From: Caulobacteraceae bacterium
Lineage (GTDB): Bacteria; Pseudomonadota; Alphaproteobacteria; Caulobacterales; Caulobacteraceae
DNA: 64,000 nt
Direction: 5' to 3'
Assembly: GCA_965277785.1 (NCBI GenBank)
Contig: CBDIDP010000014.1
Coordinates: 570,299-634,298, forward strand
The translations under genes were made by a program, and so were the position numbers. Positions 45,896 through 58,455 of this stretch are shown piece after piece. The notes under the pieces were generated by a model. The model had not been told where the DNA came from, made no database searches, and was given only the letters and a program-made list of their open reading frames with translations. Every line of letters begins with the position of its first letter. Position 1 is the first letter of the stretch.

Positions 45896-48736
45896 TCAGC
45901 CGCCGAGCACCGTCCTCACCTTCTCCGCCAGCGCCTCCACCGTGAATGGCTTGCCGATCAAAGCGACTTCCCTGTCCAGCACGCCGTTGTGGACCACCGC
46001 GTTGCGGGTGTAGCCGGTGGTGAACAGGACCTTGAGGTCCGGACGGCGGGCCAGGGCTTCGTCGGCGAGTCTGCGCCCGTTCATGTCGGGCATGACGACG
46101 TCGGTGAACAACAGCCCGATCTCGGGGTGGGCGTCGAGGACGCGCAAGGCCGCGGGGCCTCCATCGGCGGCGAGCACGGTGTAGCCGAGTTCGCTCAAGG
46201 CCTCGGTGGTGAAGGCGCGGACGCCCGCCTCATCCTCGACGACGAGGATCGTCGCGCCTTCGCCGTTCGCCGGTGTGGTGGTGGAGCCGCCGGCGGTGAC
46301 GGCGCCTACCTCGGGCGCGGCGTCCAGACGCGGGAGGTAGATCTTGATCGTCGTCCCGTGACCGGGTTCGGAATAGATCTTCACGTGGCCGTTGGACTGC
46401 TTGATGAAGCCGTAGACTTGGCTCAGCCCCAATCCCGTGCCTTTGCCGACCGCCTTGGTGGTGAAGAAGGGATCGAACGCCTTGGCGATGACGTCCTCGG
46501 GCATGCCGGAGCCGGTGTCGGTCACCGCCAGCAAGGCGTACTGGCCGGCCGCGACACCGGCGTGGGTCGCGGCGTAGCGGTCGTCGAGGTGGGCGTTCTG
46601 GGTTTCGATGGTCAGGCGTCCGCCGTCGGGCATGGCGTCGCGGGCGTTGACCACCAGGTTCAGGATGACGTTCTCGAGTTGATTGGGATCGACGTGGACG
46701 GGCCAAAGGCCGCCGGCCAGCACGGTTTCCAGGCGCACGTCGGCGCCGATCGAGTGGCCGAGCAGATCCGACATGCCGGCGACCAGCCTGTTGAGGTCGG
46801 TGGCCTTCGGCTCCAGAGGCTGTTGCCGGGAGAACGACAGCAGGCGCTGGGTCAGCAGGGCGGCGCGGCGGGCGCCGTCGCTGGCGGCGTCGACATAGCG
46901 CCGCGCGCGTTCGTCGCCGCCGAGGCGGCGGCCCAACAGATCGAGCGATCCGACCACCACGGCCAGCATGTTGTTGAAGTCGTGCGCGATGCCGCCGGTG
47001 AGCTGGCCGACCGCGTCCATCTTCTGGCTTTGGCGCAGGGCTTCTTGGGCGAGTTCCAGATCAGCCTCGGCCGCCTTCTGCGCCGTCACGTTGCGGCCGG
47101 TCGCGTAGATCAGGTTGTGTTCGGAAGAAGCGACCCACGAGATCCAGCAGTGGCCACCCTGTTTGCGTAAGTAGCGATGCTCATAGTTCGGCAGCGGCGC
47201 GCGGGTCGCGGTGTCCAGCGCCTCGCGGCTGGCGGGATGATCGTCGGGGTGGACGAAATTGAGATAGTTTCGACCGACCAGCTCGTCCTGTCTCCAGCTT
47301 AGCACAGTCGTCCACGCCGGGTTGACCGCCTTGATGATCCCATCCTGGTCGAGGACGGTGATGAGGTCTTGCGAGGTTTGCCACAGCCGGTCCCGCTCGG
47401 CGGCTTGTTCGGCGACGCGGGTTTCCAGGCTGGCGTTGAGTTGGGCCAAGGCGGCGGCGGTCGCCTTCTGATCCTCGATATCGGTGTTGGTCCCGATCCA
47501 GCGCGCGACCTCGCCGTCATGACCGCGAATGGCCACGGCGCGCGCCAGGTGCCAGCGCCAGGCGCCGTCGGCCCGGCGCAGGCGAAATTCAGTCTCGTAG
47601 TCCTCTCCAGTGGCCAGGGCCGCGGCCCAGCGGCCGCCGGCGAGAGTGGCGTCGTCGGGATGGACCATGGCGACCCAGCCCTGGCCGTCCAGCGAGCCCC
47701 GCGCTATGCCGCTGTAGTCGTAGACGCGGTCGTTGAACCAATCGAGCAGGCCGTTCGGCGGCGAGGTCCAGACGTGGTTCGGCATGGCCTGAGCCAGGGT
47801 GCGGAACTGGGCCTCGCTTTCGGCGAGCGCCTCCTGCGCCGCCCGGCGCTCGCTGATGTCGATGAAGGTGCAGATCGCCCCCTCGTGGACGCCATTGCGG
47901 TGGATCGGCCGCACCCAGTACTCCACCGGAAAAGATTCGCCGGAGAGGCGGAAGAACACCTCGCTGTCGATGTGGCAGGGCTCTCCGGTGGAGGCCGCGA
48001 GGTAGATCGGACAGTCGGCGACCGGATAGTGCGACCCATCGGGATGGCTGTGATGGATGACGTCGTGCAGTTTTCGCCCCACCGCGTCCTCCTCCCGCGC
48101 GAAGCCCATCAGGCGCAGGAAGGCGGCGTTGCAGAGCTGCGTCACGCCCGCGCGGTCCAGGGCGTAGAACGCCTCGCCGGAGGAATCGAGAAGATCCTGG
48201 AGGTACGACCGGCTGTCGGTGAGCGCGCGTTCGGCGGCGACGCGGGCGGTGGTCTCGACGGCGGTGACCAGGACGCCGCCGACACCGGTCGCGGCGGCGG
48301 GATCGGGCACCGGGCTGTAGCTCAAGGTGAACCGCGCATCCTCCCACCGCTCGCCGTGGCGGCGGATGCGCAGGAGGATGTCCTCGGCGAAGAGGGCCGG
48401 GCTGTCCCCGTTCAGGATCGCGAGGTGACCGGGTTCGAGCCGCGGCCAGACCTCCGCCCACGCCTCCCGCGCGGAACGGCCGAACGCCCGGGGATGCTTG
48501 TCGCCAAGGATCGGCCGATAGGCGTCGTTGTAGATCAGCACGAAGTCCGGCCCCCAGCGCAGAGCCATCGGAAACGCCGACGCCATGACCAGATCGACCG
48601 CCAGACGCAGGCTGTCCGACCAACCGGAGCGCGGACCCAAGGCGGTTTCCGACCAATCCTTGGCCTTCACCAGTTCGGACATCCCGGCGTCCGCGACGCG
48701 CCATCCGGAAGGCAAGCTAAAGGAGGACTGGGTCAT
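45896..48736 (-). CDS. Multi-PAS hybrid sensor histidine kinase
   Basis: Several PAS/PAC domains; H-box [10 protein letters not shown]; [10 protein letters not shown]; DTGSGM; GTGLGLS; C-terminal receiver domain. Confidence 0.92.
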   Translation of the reverse strand: MTQSSFSLPSGWRVADAGMSELVKAKDWSETALGPRSGWSDSLRLAVDLVMASAFPMALRWGPDFVLIYNDAYRPILGDKHPRAFGRSAREAWAEVWPRLEPGHLAILNGDSPALFAEDILLRIRRHGERWEDARFTLSYSPVPDPAAATGVGGVLVTAVETTARVAAERALTDSRSYLQDLLDSSGEAFYALDRAGVTQLCNAAFLRLMGFAREEDAVGRKLHDVIHHSHPDGSHYPVADCPIYLAASTGEPCHIDSEVFFRLSGESFPVEYWVRPIHRNGVHEGAICTFIDISERRAAQEALAESEAQFRTLAQAMPNHVWTSPPNGLLDWFNDRVYDYSGIARGSLDGQGWVAMVHPDDATLAGGRWAAALATGEDYETEFRLRRADGAWRWHLARAVAIRGHDGEVARWIGTNTDIEDQKATAAALAQLNASLETRVAEQAAERDRLWQTSQDLITVLDQDGIIKAVNPAWTTVLSWRQDELVGRNYLNFVHPDDHPASREALDTATRAPLPNYEHRYLRKQGGHCWISWVASSEHNLIYATGRNVTAQKAAEADLELAQEALRQSQKMDAVGQLTGGIAHDFNNMLAVVVGSLDLLGRRLGGDERARRYVDAASDGARRAALLTQRLLSFSRQQPLEPKATDLNRLVAGMSDLLGHSIGADVRLETVLAGGLWPVHVDPNQLENVILNLVVNARDAMPDGGRLTIETQNAHLDDRYAATHAGVAAGQYALLAVTDTGSGMPEDVIAKAFDPFFTTKAVGKGTGLGLSQVYGFIKQSNGHVKIYSEPGHGTTIKIYLPRLDAAPEVGAVTAGGSTTTPANGEGATILVVEDEAGVRAFTTEALSELGYTVLAADGGPAALRVLDAHPEIGLLFTDVVMPDMNGRRLADEALARRPDLKVLFTTGYTRNAVVHNGVLDREVALIGKPFTVEALAEKVRTVLGG

Positions 48737-48856
48737 CGCGTTCCGAAATGGGAGGGGAGCGCAGTCTATCGGCGACGGTAAGCACGCGCCAGTTCACGCG
48801 AAATCCTTCCTCCCTTCGCTCCATGGCTACGGCATTCACACAACTTGCCGGATGAG

Positions 48857-49111
48857 GTGCTTGTCATCCCCGACGAAGCCGCGCGAAGCGGCGAGATCGG
48901 GGACATCGCGTTGCGCCTCGGTCGCGGCCGGGCGGCCGTAAGCCGAACCGGCCGAACGTTTGGGATCTGACGCGCCCCGGCCTGGCTTACAGCATTGGAG
49001 ACCCGGCGAGCGTGTCTCCGGCTCGCCGCCGCGCGGCGTCCGGAGCGGGCCTGGGCGACGCCGGCGTCCCCGATCTCGCCGCTTCGCGGCTGCGTCGGGG
49101 ATGACAAGCAC
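48857..49111. repeat. Family C long palindromic element
   Basis: About 46-bp arms GTGCTTGTCATCCCCGACG...GAGATCGGGGAC / GTCCCCGATCTC...CGTCGGGGATGACAAGCAC. Confidence 0.85.
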
Positions 49112-49164
49112 TTCAGCGGGTAAAACGTGTGAATCCGAAAGCCCATAAAGGGGAGGAAGGAAGG

Positions 49165-50313
49165 TTAAGGCGATCTCCGCGCCAGGAGGTCTTGACCCGC
49201 CTCGCGCACATCGACGCATCCCGTCAGCGACATCGCCATCCGCAGTTCCTGGCGCAGGATGGTCAGCATATGCGCCACGCCCGCTTCGCCGCCGGCGCCC
49301 AAAGCCCAGGCCCAGGCGCGGCCGATCAGGCAGGCTTTGGCGCCAAGGGCGAGCGCCTTCAGTACATCGAGCCCGGAGCGAACGCCGCCGTCCATCATAA
49401 CCGTGAGGTCCGCTCCCACGGCCGCGGCGATCTCCGGCAAGGCGGCGACCGAGCTGGGCGCTCCGTCAAGCTGCCTGCCTCCATGGTTGGAGACGACGAC
49501 GCCCTCGACGCCTGCGGAACGCGCCGACCGGGCGTCTTCCGCGTCGAGCACGCCCTTGAGCATCAGGGGGCCAGGCCAGCGCTCGCGGACCCAGTCGATG
49601 TCCTTCCACGTCACCGAAGGATCGAAGTTGCGGCCGATCCAGGTCCAAAACTGACCGATCTGCTTCAGGTCGTCGCGGCCGGGGCCGGCAATGTTGCCCA
49701 GGGTGTGCGGCCGGCCGTGCAGCCAGACGTCCCACATCCAGGCGGGGTGGGAGAGACCGTCCAGCGCCTGGCGGAACCGTTCCACAGGCGTGGCGGCGAC
49801 CATGCCGTTGCGCGTGTCGCGATAGCGCGCGCCGGGGACGGGCAGGTCGACGGTGAACAGCAGGACCGGACAGGCGGCGTCGCGCGCGATCGCCAGGAGT
49901 TCGGTCATGAAGCCGCGGTCGCGCATCATGTAGAGCTGGAACCACGGCGGCTGGGCGGCCGCCGCGACCTCGCCGATCGCGCTCACTCCGACGGTAGACA
50001 GGCTGAACGGCACGCCCGCCGCCTTCGCCGCCCGCGCCGCCTGGGTCTCGCCGCGACGGGCGTACATGCCGGCGAGGCCGACCGGCGCCAGGATCACCGG
50101 CATCGACAGGTCCTGTCCAAAGATCGTCGTCGAGAGCTTCAACTTCGAGACATCGCGCAAGACGCGCTGGCGTAGGGTCACGGCTTCGAAATCCGCGACG
50201 TTGGCGCGCAGCGTGGTCTCGGCGTAGGAGCCGCCGTCGATGTAGTCGAACAGCACGCGGGGCAGTCTTGCCTTCGCCGCCAACCGGTAGTCGGCGACGC
50301 AGGCCGGTTTCAC
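49165..50313 (-). CDS. lldD: FMN-dependent L-lactate dehydrogenase
   Basis: [34 protein letters not shown]. Confidence 0.92.
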   Translation of the reverse strand: MKPACVADYRLAAKARLPRVLFDYIDGGSYAETTLRANVADFEAVTLRQRVLRDVSKLKLSTTIFGQDLSMPVILAPVGLAGMYARRGETQAARAAKAAGVPFSLSTVGVSAIGEVAAAAQPPWFQLYMMRDRGFMTELLAIARDAACPVLLFTVDLPVPGARYRDTRNGMVAATPVERFRQALDGLSHPAWMWDVWLHGRPHTLGNIAGPGRDDLKQIGQFWTWIGRNFDPSVTWKDIDWVRERWPGPLMLKGVLDAEDARSARSAGVEGVVVSNHGGRQLDGAPSSVAALPEIAAAVGADLTVMMDGGVRSGLDVLKALALGAKACLIGRAWAWALGAGGEAGVAHMLTILRQELRMAMSLTGCVDVREAGQDLLARRSP

Positions 50314-52235
50314 GCCGTGACCGTCGACCGGCGCGGCTGGGGTTTGGCCGGCGCGCCCTGGACGCTGGGCAGCGGCCCGAGCAGCGCGGCGCTGGCCCGG
50401 GTGACCGCGCGGGGCTCCTCCTCGAACAGGGCGGCGAGCTGGTCGGTGATGGCGCCGCCGAGCTGCTCGACATCGACGATGGTGACCGCGCGGCGATAGT
50501 AGCGGGTGACGTCGTGGCCGATGCCGATGGCGATCAATTCGACCGGGCTTTTACCCTCGATCTCGGCGATCACCCGGCGCAGGTGGCGCTCCAGATAGTG
50601 GCCTGAGTTGACCGACAGGGTGCTGTCGTCGACCGGCGCGCCGTCGCTGATCACCATCAGGATGCGGCGCTGCTCGGTGCGGCCGATCAGGCGCTGGTGC
50701 GCCCACATCAGCGCCTCGCCGTCGATGTTCTCCTTGAGCAGGCCCTCGCGCATCATCAGGCCGAGGTTCTTGCGCGCGCGGCGCCACGGCGCGTCGGCGG
50801 ACTTGTAGACGATGTGGCGCAGGTCGTTGAGGCGGCCGGGCGCGGCCGGCTTGCCGGCCTTGAGCCACGCGTCGCGCGACGCGCCCCCCTTCCACGCGCG
50901 CGTGGTGAAGCCCAGCACCTCGGTCTTCACCGAACAGCGCTCCAGCGTCCGCGCCAGGATGTCGGCGCACACCGCCGCGACCATGATCGGGCGGCCGCGC
51001 ATGGAGCCGGAGTTGTCGATCAGCAGGCTGACCACCGTGTCGCGGAACTCGGTGTCTTTCTCCTCCTTGAACGATAGAGCCGCGGTCGGATCGACGATGA
51101 CCCGGGTGAGACGCGCCACGTCGAGCAGGCCTTCTTCGAGGTCGAAGGTCCAGGAGCGGTTCTGCTGCGCGAGCAGCTTACGCTGCAGGCGGTTGGCGAG
51201 GCGCGAGACGACGTTGGACAGGCTGGCGAGCTGCTGGTCGAGGTAGGCCCGCAGGCGGGTCAGCTCCTCCGGTTCGCAGAGGTCCTCGGCGGCGACGATC
51301 TCGTCATTCTCGGCGGTGAAGATCTTATAGGCCGGCTCAGGTCTGCCGGCGTCCTTGATGTCCGGCCGCGCCGGGCGGTCGCCGTCGGTGAGGTCGAGTT
51401 CGTCGGAGGTGTCCTCGCCCTCCTCGTCGGACTCGGCGGCCTCGCTCTCGGCGGTGTCGCTCTCGCGCGGGCTCTGCTCGCCGTCCTGCGAGGAGTCGCT
51501 TTGCGGCGACTGCTCCTCGCCCTCGCCTTCGTTCTGGTCGGACGCCTCGGGTTCGCCTTCCTCCGTCGACTCGTCCTTGGCGTCCTGCTCGGGAGCGTCG
51601 GACAGGTCGTCGCCCATGGAAAGGTCGCGCACCACGGCGCGGGCGATGCGGGCGAAGGCGACCTGGTCGCCCACCGCCCCGGTCAGCCGGTCCATGTCGG
51701 CGCCGGCCTTGGCGTCGATCTCGGCGCGCAGGGCGTCGACCAGGGCCTTGGCGCAGGCCGGCGGCGGCGCGCCGGTCAGCCGCTCCCGCACCAGCAGGGC
51801 GACCACATCCGCCAGCGGCGCCGCGGCGGGATCGACATCGCGGTGAAGGCCCTTCTTCAGCGCGGCCTGCTCCCACACCGCCGCGAGATTGTCCTTCACC
51901 CCGGCCAGGGCGTTGGCCCCGATCGCCTCGATCCGCGCCTGCTCCAGGGCGTCGTAGACCAGGGCGCCCTCGGCCGATTTGGGTTTGTTGCGTTGGTGGG
52001 CGATGTCGTCGTGGTGGGCGACACGCAGGGCCATCTGGTCTGCGAGGCCGCGGATGCGCGTGGTCTCCGGCCCGGACAACTCGCGCGGCGGATGCGGCAG
52101 GATCGCGCGATGCCCGATCAGCGACGGTCCGTCGCCGGAGAACACCACCTCCAGGTCCGGCTGCTCCGCCAGCGACCGCGCGGCGTGAGCCAGCGCGCGC
52201 TTGAAGATCTCCCCGGGGGTTTCCTTGCCGCTCAT
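50310..52235 (-). CDS. cobT: Cobaltochelatase subunit CobT
   Basis: [21 protein letters not shown], v[38 protein letters not shown]. Confidence 0.95.
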   Translation of the reverse strand: MSGKETPGEIFKRALAHAARSLAEQPDLEVVFSGDGPSLIGHRAILPHPPRELSGPETTRIRGLADQMALRVAHHDDIAHQRNKPKSAEGALVYDALEQARIEAIGANALAGVKDNLAAVWEQAALKKGLHRDVDPAAAPLADVVALLVRERLTGAPPPACAKALVDALRAEIDAKAGADMDRLTGAVGDQVAFARIARAVVRDLSMGDDLSDAPEQDAKDESTEEGEPEASDQNEGEGEEQSPQSDSSQDGEQSPRESDTAESEAAESDEEGEDTSDELDLTDGDRPARPDIKDAGRPEPAYKIFTAENDEIVAAEDLCEPEELTRLRAYLDQQLASLSNVVSRLANRLQRKLLAQQNRSWTFDLEEGLLDVARLTRVIVDPTAALSFKEEKDTEFRDTVVSLLIDNSGSMRGRPIMVAAVCADILARTLERCSVKTEVLGFTTRAWKGGASRDAWLKAGKPAAPGRLNDLRHIVYKSADAPWRRARKNLGLMMREGLLKENIDGEALMWAHQRLIGRTEQRRILMVISDGAPVDDSTLSVNSGHYLERHLRRVIAEIEGKSPVELIAIGIGHDVTRYYRRAVTIVDVEQLGGAITDQLAALFEEEPRAVTRASAALLGPLPSVQGAPAKPQPRRSTVTA

Positions 52236-52303
52236 GTCAGCGCGGTCATAGCGCGCGGGCGGGCAGGATAGGAAGGGACGGAACCCGCCGGTAAGCTCGG
52301 CGC

Positions 52304-52789
52304 GTGCAACCTCTGATCCTCACCCTCCGCCTGGACGCTCCGACATTCGCGCGCCTGGACACGTTGCGGCGCACGCACTTCCCGGCCCATCTCAATCTGA
52401 TCCCGGCCCACCTCACCCTGTTCCACAAGCTCGAAGGGGAAGTGGCCGGAGTTCTGCGCGCCGCCGCGCTTCGTCCGAAGATCGCCCTGACGTTCAGCGG
52501 CTATCGGCCGATGGGGCGCGGGGTATGCCTCAAGGTCGAGTCGCCGGAACTGATGGCGCTGCGGCGCGAGCTCGCCAGGGCTTTCGCCGCCCAACTCACG
52601 CCGCAAGACCGCCAGGGCTATGGTCCGCATGTCACGATCCAGAACAAGGTGGCGCCGGAGACCGCGAGGGCGCTGCGGGACGCTTTGGCTGAAGAGTTCA
52701 GGCCGTTCGAGGGCGTCGGCGAGGGATTGCTGCTGTGGCGCTACCTCGATGGCCCTTGGGCTTTGGAAGACGAATACCTGTTTCGGTAG
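52304..52789 (+). CDS. 2H phosphoesterase (2'-5' RNA ligase family)
   Basis: Two HxT motifs, PAHLTLF and PHVTIQNK. Confidence 0.85.
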   Translation: MQPLILTLRLDAPTFARLDTLRRTHFPAHLNLIPAHLTLFHKLEGEVAGVLRAAALRPKIALTFSGYRPMGRGVCLKVESPELMALRRELARAFAAQLTPQDRQGYGPHVTIQNKVAPETARALRDALAEEFRPFEGVGEGLLLWRYLDGPWALEDEYLFR

Positions 52790-52885
52790 ACCGAAGTCCT
52801 CGACCGGCGGTCCGTTTGGGATAAGCTGTGAATACCAACGGCCGGCGTTCCACGATCGGCCAGGCAGTGATCAGCGGAGGACGTC

Positions 52886-54403
<1,518 letters not shown>

Positions 54404-54405
54404 CC

Positions 54406-54729
54406 ATGGACAGCGTTTCGGCGACCCCCGCCGCGCTCGCGTTGCTGGCGGAGATCCAGGCCGAGCATGGTCCGGTGCTGTTCCACCAGTCCGGCGGCTG
54501 CTGCGACGGCTCGTCGCCGATGTGCTACCCGGTCGGCGACTTCATCCTCGGCGACGCCGACGTCCGCCTGGGCGAAATCGGCGGGGCCGAGGTCTACATC
54601 GGCGGACAGCAGTTCGAGGCGTGGCGTCACACGCAGCTGATCATCGACGTGGTGAAGGGGCGGGGCGGCATGTTCTCCTTGGACAATGGTCGGGAGGTGC
54701 GGTTCCTGACGCGGTCGCGGATGCTTTGA
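54406..54729 (+). CDS. DUF779 family protein
   Basis: HQSGGCCDGSSPMCYP, GRGGMFSLDNG; usual partner of AldB-type genes. Confidence 0.92.
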   Translation: MDSVSATPAALALLAEIQAEHGPVLFHQSGGCCDGSSPMCYPVGDFILGDADVRLGEIGGAEVYIGGQQFEAWRHTQLIIDVVKGRGGMFSLDNGREVRFLTRSRML

Positions 54730-54751
54730 GCGAGGCGGAGAACGGTTCGCT

Positions 54752-56215
54752 CTACATGGCCTTCGCCGCCGTCCTCTCGTCCCTCAACTGCGTCCGCCTT
54801 ACCTTTCCCGCGTCATCCCGGATGTTTTCGGTTACGAACTCGTAGCTTCTCGGCTGCTTGTAGGTCACCAGCAGGCCGGCGACGTGGGCGCGCAGATCGG
54901 CCTCGGTGAGGCCCGCCCTCGGCTGGACGATGGCGTGGACGCGGCTGCCGAGGTCCTCGTCCGGCAGGCCGATCACCGCGCTCGACTGCACCAGCGGATG
55001 CTCGTCCAGCGCCGCCTCGATCTCGGCGGGATAGACGTTGGAGCCGCCGACCAGGATCATGTCGGTGCGGCGGTCGGCGAGATAGAGGTAGCCGTCGGCG
55101 TCGAACCAGCCGATGTCGCCCAGCGACTCCCAACCGCCGGGCAGCGTCCGCGCCGTGGCGCCGCGATAGGAATACGACGCCGGCGCCCCTTCCGGCCGGC
55201 GCATGAACACCTCGCCGATCTCACCCGGCGGCAGTCGATTGCCGCCCGGGTCGAACGCCGCCATCTCCCCCACCGCGACCTTGCCGACCGAGCCGCGATG
55301 CTCCAGCCACTCGGAGCCGGTGATGATGGTCACCGCCTGGGCCTCGGTGCCGGCGTAGAGTTCCATGATGGTGTCGGCGCCCCACCACTCGACGAAGGCC
55401 TGCTTCAGCCACGGCGGGCACGGCGCCGCGAGGTGCCAAGCGGTCTTCAGGCTCGAGGTGTCGTACCTCGCCTTCACCTCGTCCGGCAGGCGCCAGATCC
55501 GGCTCATCATGGTCGGCACCAGGTAGATCCAGGTTGCGTGCCAGCGGTCGATCGCTTTTAGGGTCTCCTCGGCGTCGAAGCGCGGCATGAGAATGAGGTG
55601 CGCGCCTTGAGCCAGGCCGCCGAACGAGGCGGTGAACGGGCCGTTGTGATAGAGCGGCCCCGGCATCACCATGATGTCCTCGGGAACGGTCCGATAGGCG
55701 CCGGGCATCTCGGGGTTGAAGACGCCGGGACCGCCGGACAGGATCAGCTTGGGCCGGCCGGTGGACCCGCCGGAGGTCGGAGCCTTCCAGATCGGCGCGG
55801 TGCGGTCCTCCAGCGCCTCGTCGCTGTCGCCCAGGTCCGTCAGGATAGGAACGTCGAAGCGCGGCTTGTCGGAGGCGACCGACTCGCCGGCGATCAGGAT
55901 CGGCGTCTCCGCCAGGTCCATCACCGCCTCCGCCTCGGCGGCGGGCAGGCGGTGCGAGATCGGCTGCGGCGTCGCGCCGACCTTCCACAGGCCGTAACAG
56001 ACCTCGACGAAGTCGACGCTGTTGGCCAGACCGACGGTGACGAGGTCGCCCAGCTTGACCCCCGCCGCTTCCAGGCTATGAGCGATCCGGTTGGTGCGGC
56101 GGTCGAGTTCCGCCCAGGTGACGGTGCGGTGCTGGTCGGTGACCGCCGGCCGGTCCGGCCGCTCCGCCGCCAGTTCGCTCAGCCGCGCGCCGATGGAGAT
56201 GATGGCGCCGGTCAT
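54752..56215 (-). CDS. AMP-dependent acyl-CoA ligase (bile acid-CoA ligase-like)
   Basis: TSGGSTGRPK, YAGTE, GDIGWFD.DGYLY, NVYPAEIE, GKVRR. Confidence 0.9.
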   Translation of the reverse strand: MTGAIISIGARLSELAAERPDRPAVTDQHRTVTWAELDRRTNRIAHSLEAAGVKLGDLVTVGLANSVDFVEVCYGLWKVGATPQPISHRLPAAEAEAVMDLAETPILIAGESVASDKPRFDVPILTDLGDSDEALEDRTAPIWKAPTSGGSTGRPKLILSGGPGVFNPEMPGAYRTVPEDIMVMPGPLYHNGPFTASFGGLAQGAHLILMPRFDAEETLKAIDRWHATWIYLVPTMMSRIWRLPDEVKARYDTSSLKTAWHLAAPCPPWLKQAFVEWWGADTIMELYAGTEAQAVTIITGSEWLEHRGSVGKVAVGEMAAFDPGGNRLPPGEIGEVFMRRPEGAPASYSYRGATARTLPGGWESLGDIGWFDADGYLYLADRRTDMILVGGSNVYPAEIEAALDEHPLVQSSAVIGLPDEDLGSRVHAIVQPRAGLTEADLRAHVAGLLVTYKQPRSYEFVTENIRDDAGKVRRTQLRDERTAAKAM

Positions 56216-56484
56216 GTGGGCCGCCGCGCGCCGTGGCGGATCGTGAGGATTTCGACCATGTCGTGATCGACGATATAGCGGATTAGATAAGGTCGCACAC
56301 TTACAAGTTCCCGGCGGCCTCGCGCCAGGGGCCGTCCGCGTTGCGGATGTTCGCACAAGCTGTGTGCGGCATCTTGCAAGCGTAGCGCGAGGTTATCGGC
56401 GGCTTTAGGAGCGAATTGCGCGACGTAACCGCGAATGGCTTTCAGGTCGGACAGCGCACGCCGCGACCAGATTACTCGAACCAT
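56212..56484 (-). CDS. RelE/ParE family toxin
   Basis: RVIWSRRALSDL..I..Y, HPQRGR, YLIRY.V....VEILTIRHGAR. Confidence 0.88.
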   Translation of the reverse strand: MVRVIWSRRALSDLKAIRGYVAQFAPKAADNLALRLQDAAHSLCEHPQRGRPLARGRRELVSVRPYLIRYIVDHDMVEILTIRHGARRPT

Positions 56485-56657
56485 TCGGCCGGAGGCGGCT
56501 GTTCATCGGGCGAGCCCCATGTCCTCAGCCATTTCACGACCTCCTCATGCGGAACGGTCCGACCGGCTTTGACGTCAGCTTCGCCTTCGAGCATGGCGGC
56601 CTCGTCCGCCAACTCGTCCGCATCGTCGAATATTGCTACGTCGCCGTCCATCGCCAA
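56472..56657 (-). CDS. Short acidic antitoxin
   Basis: EGEADVKAGRTVPHEEVVKWLRTWG..DEQPPP; overlaps the toxin start; TTG 56657 or ATG 56651. Confidence 0.8.
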   Translation of the reverse strand: MAMDGDVAIFDDADELADEAAMLEGEADVKAGRTVPHEEVVKWLRTWGSPDEQPPPAEWFE

Positions 56658-56689
56658 AGTTTAACTCCGCTCCCCAATAGCCGCAACCT

Positions 56690-57478
56690 CTAAGCCCGCC
56701 GCGATCCCACTGGGTGAGAGCTGGAGAGGCCGCCGTCGACCACGATGGCCTGACCGTTGACGTAGCTCGAGTCGTCGCTCGCCAGGAACAGCGCCGCCCC
56801 GGCGATCTCCTCCGGCTCGCCGCCGCGCTTGAGCGGGTTGAGTTGGCCGATCTTGTCGTCGGTCCCGCGTTCGCGCGCCGACTTGTAGATCGGCGCGGTC
56901 ATGCCGGTCTCGATCAGGCCGGGGCAGATGGCGTTGACCCGCACCCCCGTGCCGTACAGCAGGTTGGCGCTGGTCTGGACCAGGTTGATCACTCCGGCCT
57001 TGCTGGCGCTGTAGGGCAGCGGCCCAGCGCCGGAGCGGATGCCGGCGACCGAGGCGGTGCAGATGATCGAGCCCTTGCCCGCCGCGCGCATGACCGCGCT
57101 GGCATGTTTGATCATCAGGAACGGGCCGATCAGATTGACCCTTAGCACCGCCATCCAGTTGTCGGCTGTGAGGTCCTCCAGCGCGACATAGCCGCCGGTA
57201 ATGCCGGCATTGGCGTGGACCGCGTCGAGGCGGCCGAAGTCCGATATCGCCTTGGCGACGAGGGACTGGACGTCGGCTTCCTCGCCGGCGTCGCCCTGGG
57301 CGGCGAAGGCCTTGCCGCCGTCCGCCTCGATCATCGCGACCGTTTCGTGGATGGCGTCCGACTTGTCGAAACAGGCGACGCTGGCGCCCTCTTTCGCAAA
57401 AAGACGTGACGTAGCCCGGCCGATGCCGCTGGCCGCGCCGGTGACGATGGTGGCGCGGCCTTCGAGGCGACCAGCCAT
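56690..57478 (-). CDS. Short-chain dehydrogenase/reductase
   Basis: TGAASGIG, ANAG, YSASK. Confidence 0.92.
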   Translation of the reverse strand: MAGRLEGRATIVTGAASGIGRATSRLFAKEGASVACFDKSDAIHETVAMIEADGGKAFAAQGDAGEEADVQSLVAKAISDFGRLDAVHANAGITGGYVALEDLTADNWMAVLRVNLIGPFLMIKHASAVMRAAGKGSIICTASVAGIRSGAGPLPYSASKAGVINLVQTSANLLYGTGVRVNAICPGLIETGMTAPIYKSARERGTDDKIGQLNPLKRGGEPEEIAGAALFLASDDSSYVNGQAIVVDGGLSSSHPVGSRRA

Positions 57479-58413
57479 CAGGCCGACGCTGTCGCCGGGG
57501 CGGCGGCCGGCGTCGGCGGCAGAGGCAGTCTCGCGAGGGAGTAGAACTTGTCCGCCATCTTCGGGATGGCTTCGGAGAGGATGGTCTCGATCGTCCAGCC
57601 CTCCGGCTTGCTCACCGTCTCGATCGGACGGGGCTGGCTGTAGAGGATGATGTTCTCGCCGCTGACGCCGAAGATCTGGCCGGTGACATGCTTGGCGGCG
57701 TCGGAGATCAGGGCGACGGAAAACCTGGCCGGCTGGTCGGGGCGGATGTTGGCGGCCATCTGCGCGCGGCGGGCGGCCTGGGCCTCGTCCTTGACCGGCA
57801 CCGACTGTGTCATCCGCGTCCAGGCGACGGGCGCGATGCAGTTGCAGCGCACGTTCTTGGCCGCGCCCTCCATGGCGATGATCCGCGACAGGCCGGCGAT
57901 GCCCATCTTGGCCGCGCCGTAGTTGGTCTGGCCGATGTTGCCGATAATCCCCGAGGTCGAGGTGTACAGCATGTAGGCGCCGTCGTTCTGGTTGCGGAAA
58001 TGTTCGATGGTCGCCCGGCAGACGTTGAAGGTGCCGCGCAGGTGGACCTCGAGCACCTTGTCCCAGTCCGCCTCGCTCATCTTGTGGAACATGCCGTCGC
58101 GCAGGATGCCGGCCGGGTTGATCACCGCGTGTAGGCCCCCGAAGCTGTCCATCGCCTGCTCGACCATGCCCTCGACGGCCTTCATCGAGGTGACGCTTTC
58201 AGAGTTGAAAACCGCCTCGCCGCCGGCGGCCTTGATCTCGTTGGCCACCGTCTCGGCCGGGCCGGCGGAACCCTCGTCCGCGCCGGAGAGGCCCGCGCCG
58301 AGGTCGTTGACCACCACCTTGGCGCCCTGCTGCGCCGCGATCAGGGCGCAGTCGCGTCCGATGCCGTTGCCGCCGCCGGTGACCAGCACGACCTTGCCGT
58401 CAAGTACGCCCAT
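57478..58413 (-). CDS. SDR, MFE-2/3-hydroxyacyl-CoA dehydrogenase-like
   Basis: TGGGNGIG, VVVNDLG, GNIGQTNYGAAKMG. Confidence 0.92.
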   Translation of the reverse strand: MGVLDGKVVLVTGGGNGIGRDCALIAAQQGAKVVVNDLGAGLSGADEGSAGPAETVANEIKAAGGEAVFNSESVTSMKAVEGMVEQAMDSFGGLHAVINPAGILRDGMFHKMSEADWDKVLEVHLRGTFNVCRATIEHFRNQNDGAYMLYTSTSGIIGNIGQTNYGAAKMGIAGLSRIIAMEGAAKNVRCNCIAPVAWTRMTQSVPVKDEAQAARRAQMAANIRPDQPARFSVALISDAAKHVTGQIFGVSGENIILYSQPRPIETVSKPEGWTIETILSEAIPKMADKFYSLARLPLPPTPAAAPATASA

Positions 58414-58455
58414 GGCGCGTCTCCTCCTGAAGTCATCGTTGTTCGTTATCGACGA

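Noticed and set aside
44483-49111. Integrative element at tRNA-Thr carrying the ndh-like gene and the histidine kinase
   Set aside because: No integrase, no duplicated tRNA 3' end seen, host-like GC
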